The notes beneath the pieces are model-generated. The model did not search any database. It saw nothing but the letters and a program-made list of their open reading frames with translations, and was not told the origin of the DNA. Of a DNA stretch of 59,697 nt, positions 59,223 to 59,697 are shown piece by piece. Source of the stretch: a virus (taxonomy: Duplodnaviria > Heunggongvirae > Uroviricota > Caudoviricetes); the IMG/VR virus record IMGVR_UViG_3300032007_000013. One strand, given 5' to 3'. The translations under genes were made by a program, and so were the position numbers. The first letter of the stretch is position 1. Each line of letters starts with the position of its first letter.

Positions 59223-59627
59223 ATGTCCCGTAAGCTGTCCTATGTTTCTGCGATTGATTTCGCTCTGTCCGTCCTGTCCCAGATTGATGCCGCTCAGGTG
59301 GCTATCCCCGCAGCCAAGGAAGAGGACGCTCCTGTGTCTGTCGGTGAGGTCGTGGAGAAGCTGACCGCTCTCCGTGAGAAGCAGGCCGCTCGTTCGGCTA
59401 CTAAGGCCGAGGGGCCGACCAAGGCCCAGCTTGAGCGTGCCGCCCTTGCCTCCCGCATCGGTGATGCTATGGAGCCGGGTGTGACCTACGGCAACGCTGA
59501 GATTGCCGCCCTCCTGCCGGAGCTGGCTGGTGCTACTCCCCAGCGTCTGTCCCCCCTCATGGCTCTGCTCGGTGAGCGGATTGTGACCTCTAAGGTCAAG
59601 GGCAAGAACTACTACACTCTTGCCTGA
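59223..59627 (+). CDS. Putative winged-helix DNA-binding protein
   Basis: GAGGT SD. C-terminal helix-turn-helix plus beta-wing (T.QRLSPLM..L...IVTSKVKGKNYYTL). GC-rich biased codons, three tandem promoters upstream, terminator at 59633-59663. Confidence 0.6.
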   Translation: MSRKLSYVSAIDFALSVLSQIDAAQVAIPAAKEEDAPVSVGEVVEKLTALREKQAARSATKAEGPTKAQLERAALASRIGDAMEPGVTYGNAEIAALLPELAGATPQRLSPLMALLGERIVTSKVKGKNYYTLA

Positions 59628-59697
59628 TTCCAAATAACCTACCCAATCGGGTAGGTTATTTTTTACCTCTCGGTTAGCAAAGGCTAACCGCCCGGGC

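Larger units (their letters stand above)
35451..59697 (+). promoter_or_regulatory. Array of about 60 consensus sigmaA promoter-RBS modules
   Basis: Recurrent A-tract, TTGACA, 17 bp, TGnTATAAT, then (ATCAC/ACCAG)AAA...AAAAGGAG-A-rich-ATG, e.g. at 35554, 36302, 37292, 38602, 41229, 43879, 46458, 54043, 57390. Confidence 0.9.
35563..59697. repeat. Dispersed 8-bp palindrome GCCCGGGC, 33 copies
   Basis: Counted by eye at 35563, 36715, 37585, 38293, 38418, 38609, 39180, 39731, 40342, 41236, 42027, 43038, 43323, 44451, 44547, 44603, 45425, 46467, 46970, 49668, 50244, 51183, 52257, 52889, 53741, 54631, 55497, 55826, 56783, 57369, 58218, 58845, 59690. Confidence 0.95.

Noticed and set aside
35563-59697. 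GCCCGGGC as an SrfI or adapter cloning artefact, or as a CRISPR repeat
   Set aside because: Flanks vary, there is no adapter context, and copies fit exactly within 17-bp promoter spacers. Spacing is irregular and gene-sized, unlike a CRISPR array.

Overview
This window is a 59.7-kb segment of a large tailed (long non-contractile tail-type) phage, most likely infecting a Firmicute/Clostridia host (AAGGAG Shine-Dalgarno sites, sigmaA-type TTGACA-17-TATAAT promoters, AbrB/SpoVT and YdbC-like genes). It has two very different halves. (1) Positions 1-34.5 kb form an AT-rich, mostly minus-strand DNA-packaging, head and tail module. The supplied code-11 ORFs here are fragments: they end at TAG and lie in the same frame. 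Reading TAG as Gln (genetic code 15) restores tightly packed full-length genes: terminase, portal, protease/scaffold, a ~3760-aa tape measure protein, a hidden radical SAM enzyme and others. The major capsid and major tail genes are TAG-free. (2) Positions 35.5-59.7 kb are a plus-strand early/host-takeover-like array of about 60 tiny genes, nearly each with its own consensus promoter, RBS and terminator. This array carries 33 copies of the palindrome GCCCGGGC (I saw none in the left 34 kb), clustered boxes resembling host transcription-factor operators (Rex, ArgR, TrpR-like, OmpR/WalR-type), a four-copy promoter-driven small RNA with covarying stem, several larger structured ncRNA candidates, tRNA-Leu(UAA) with an HNH gene, and an ArfA-like peptide. 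A ~0.9-kb non-coding, strand-skewed, G-tract junction separates the halves. All gene boundaries were read by eye and product names come from motif recognition, not database searches.
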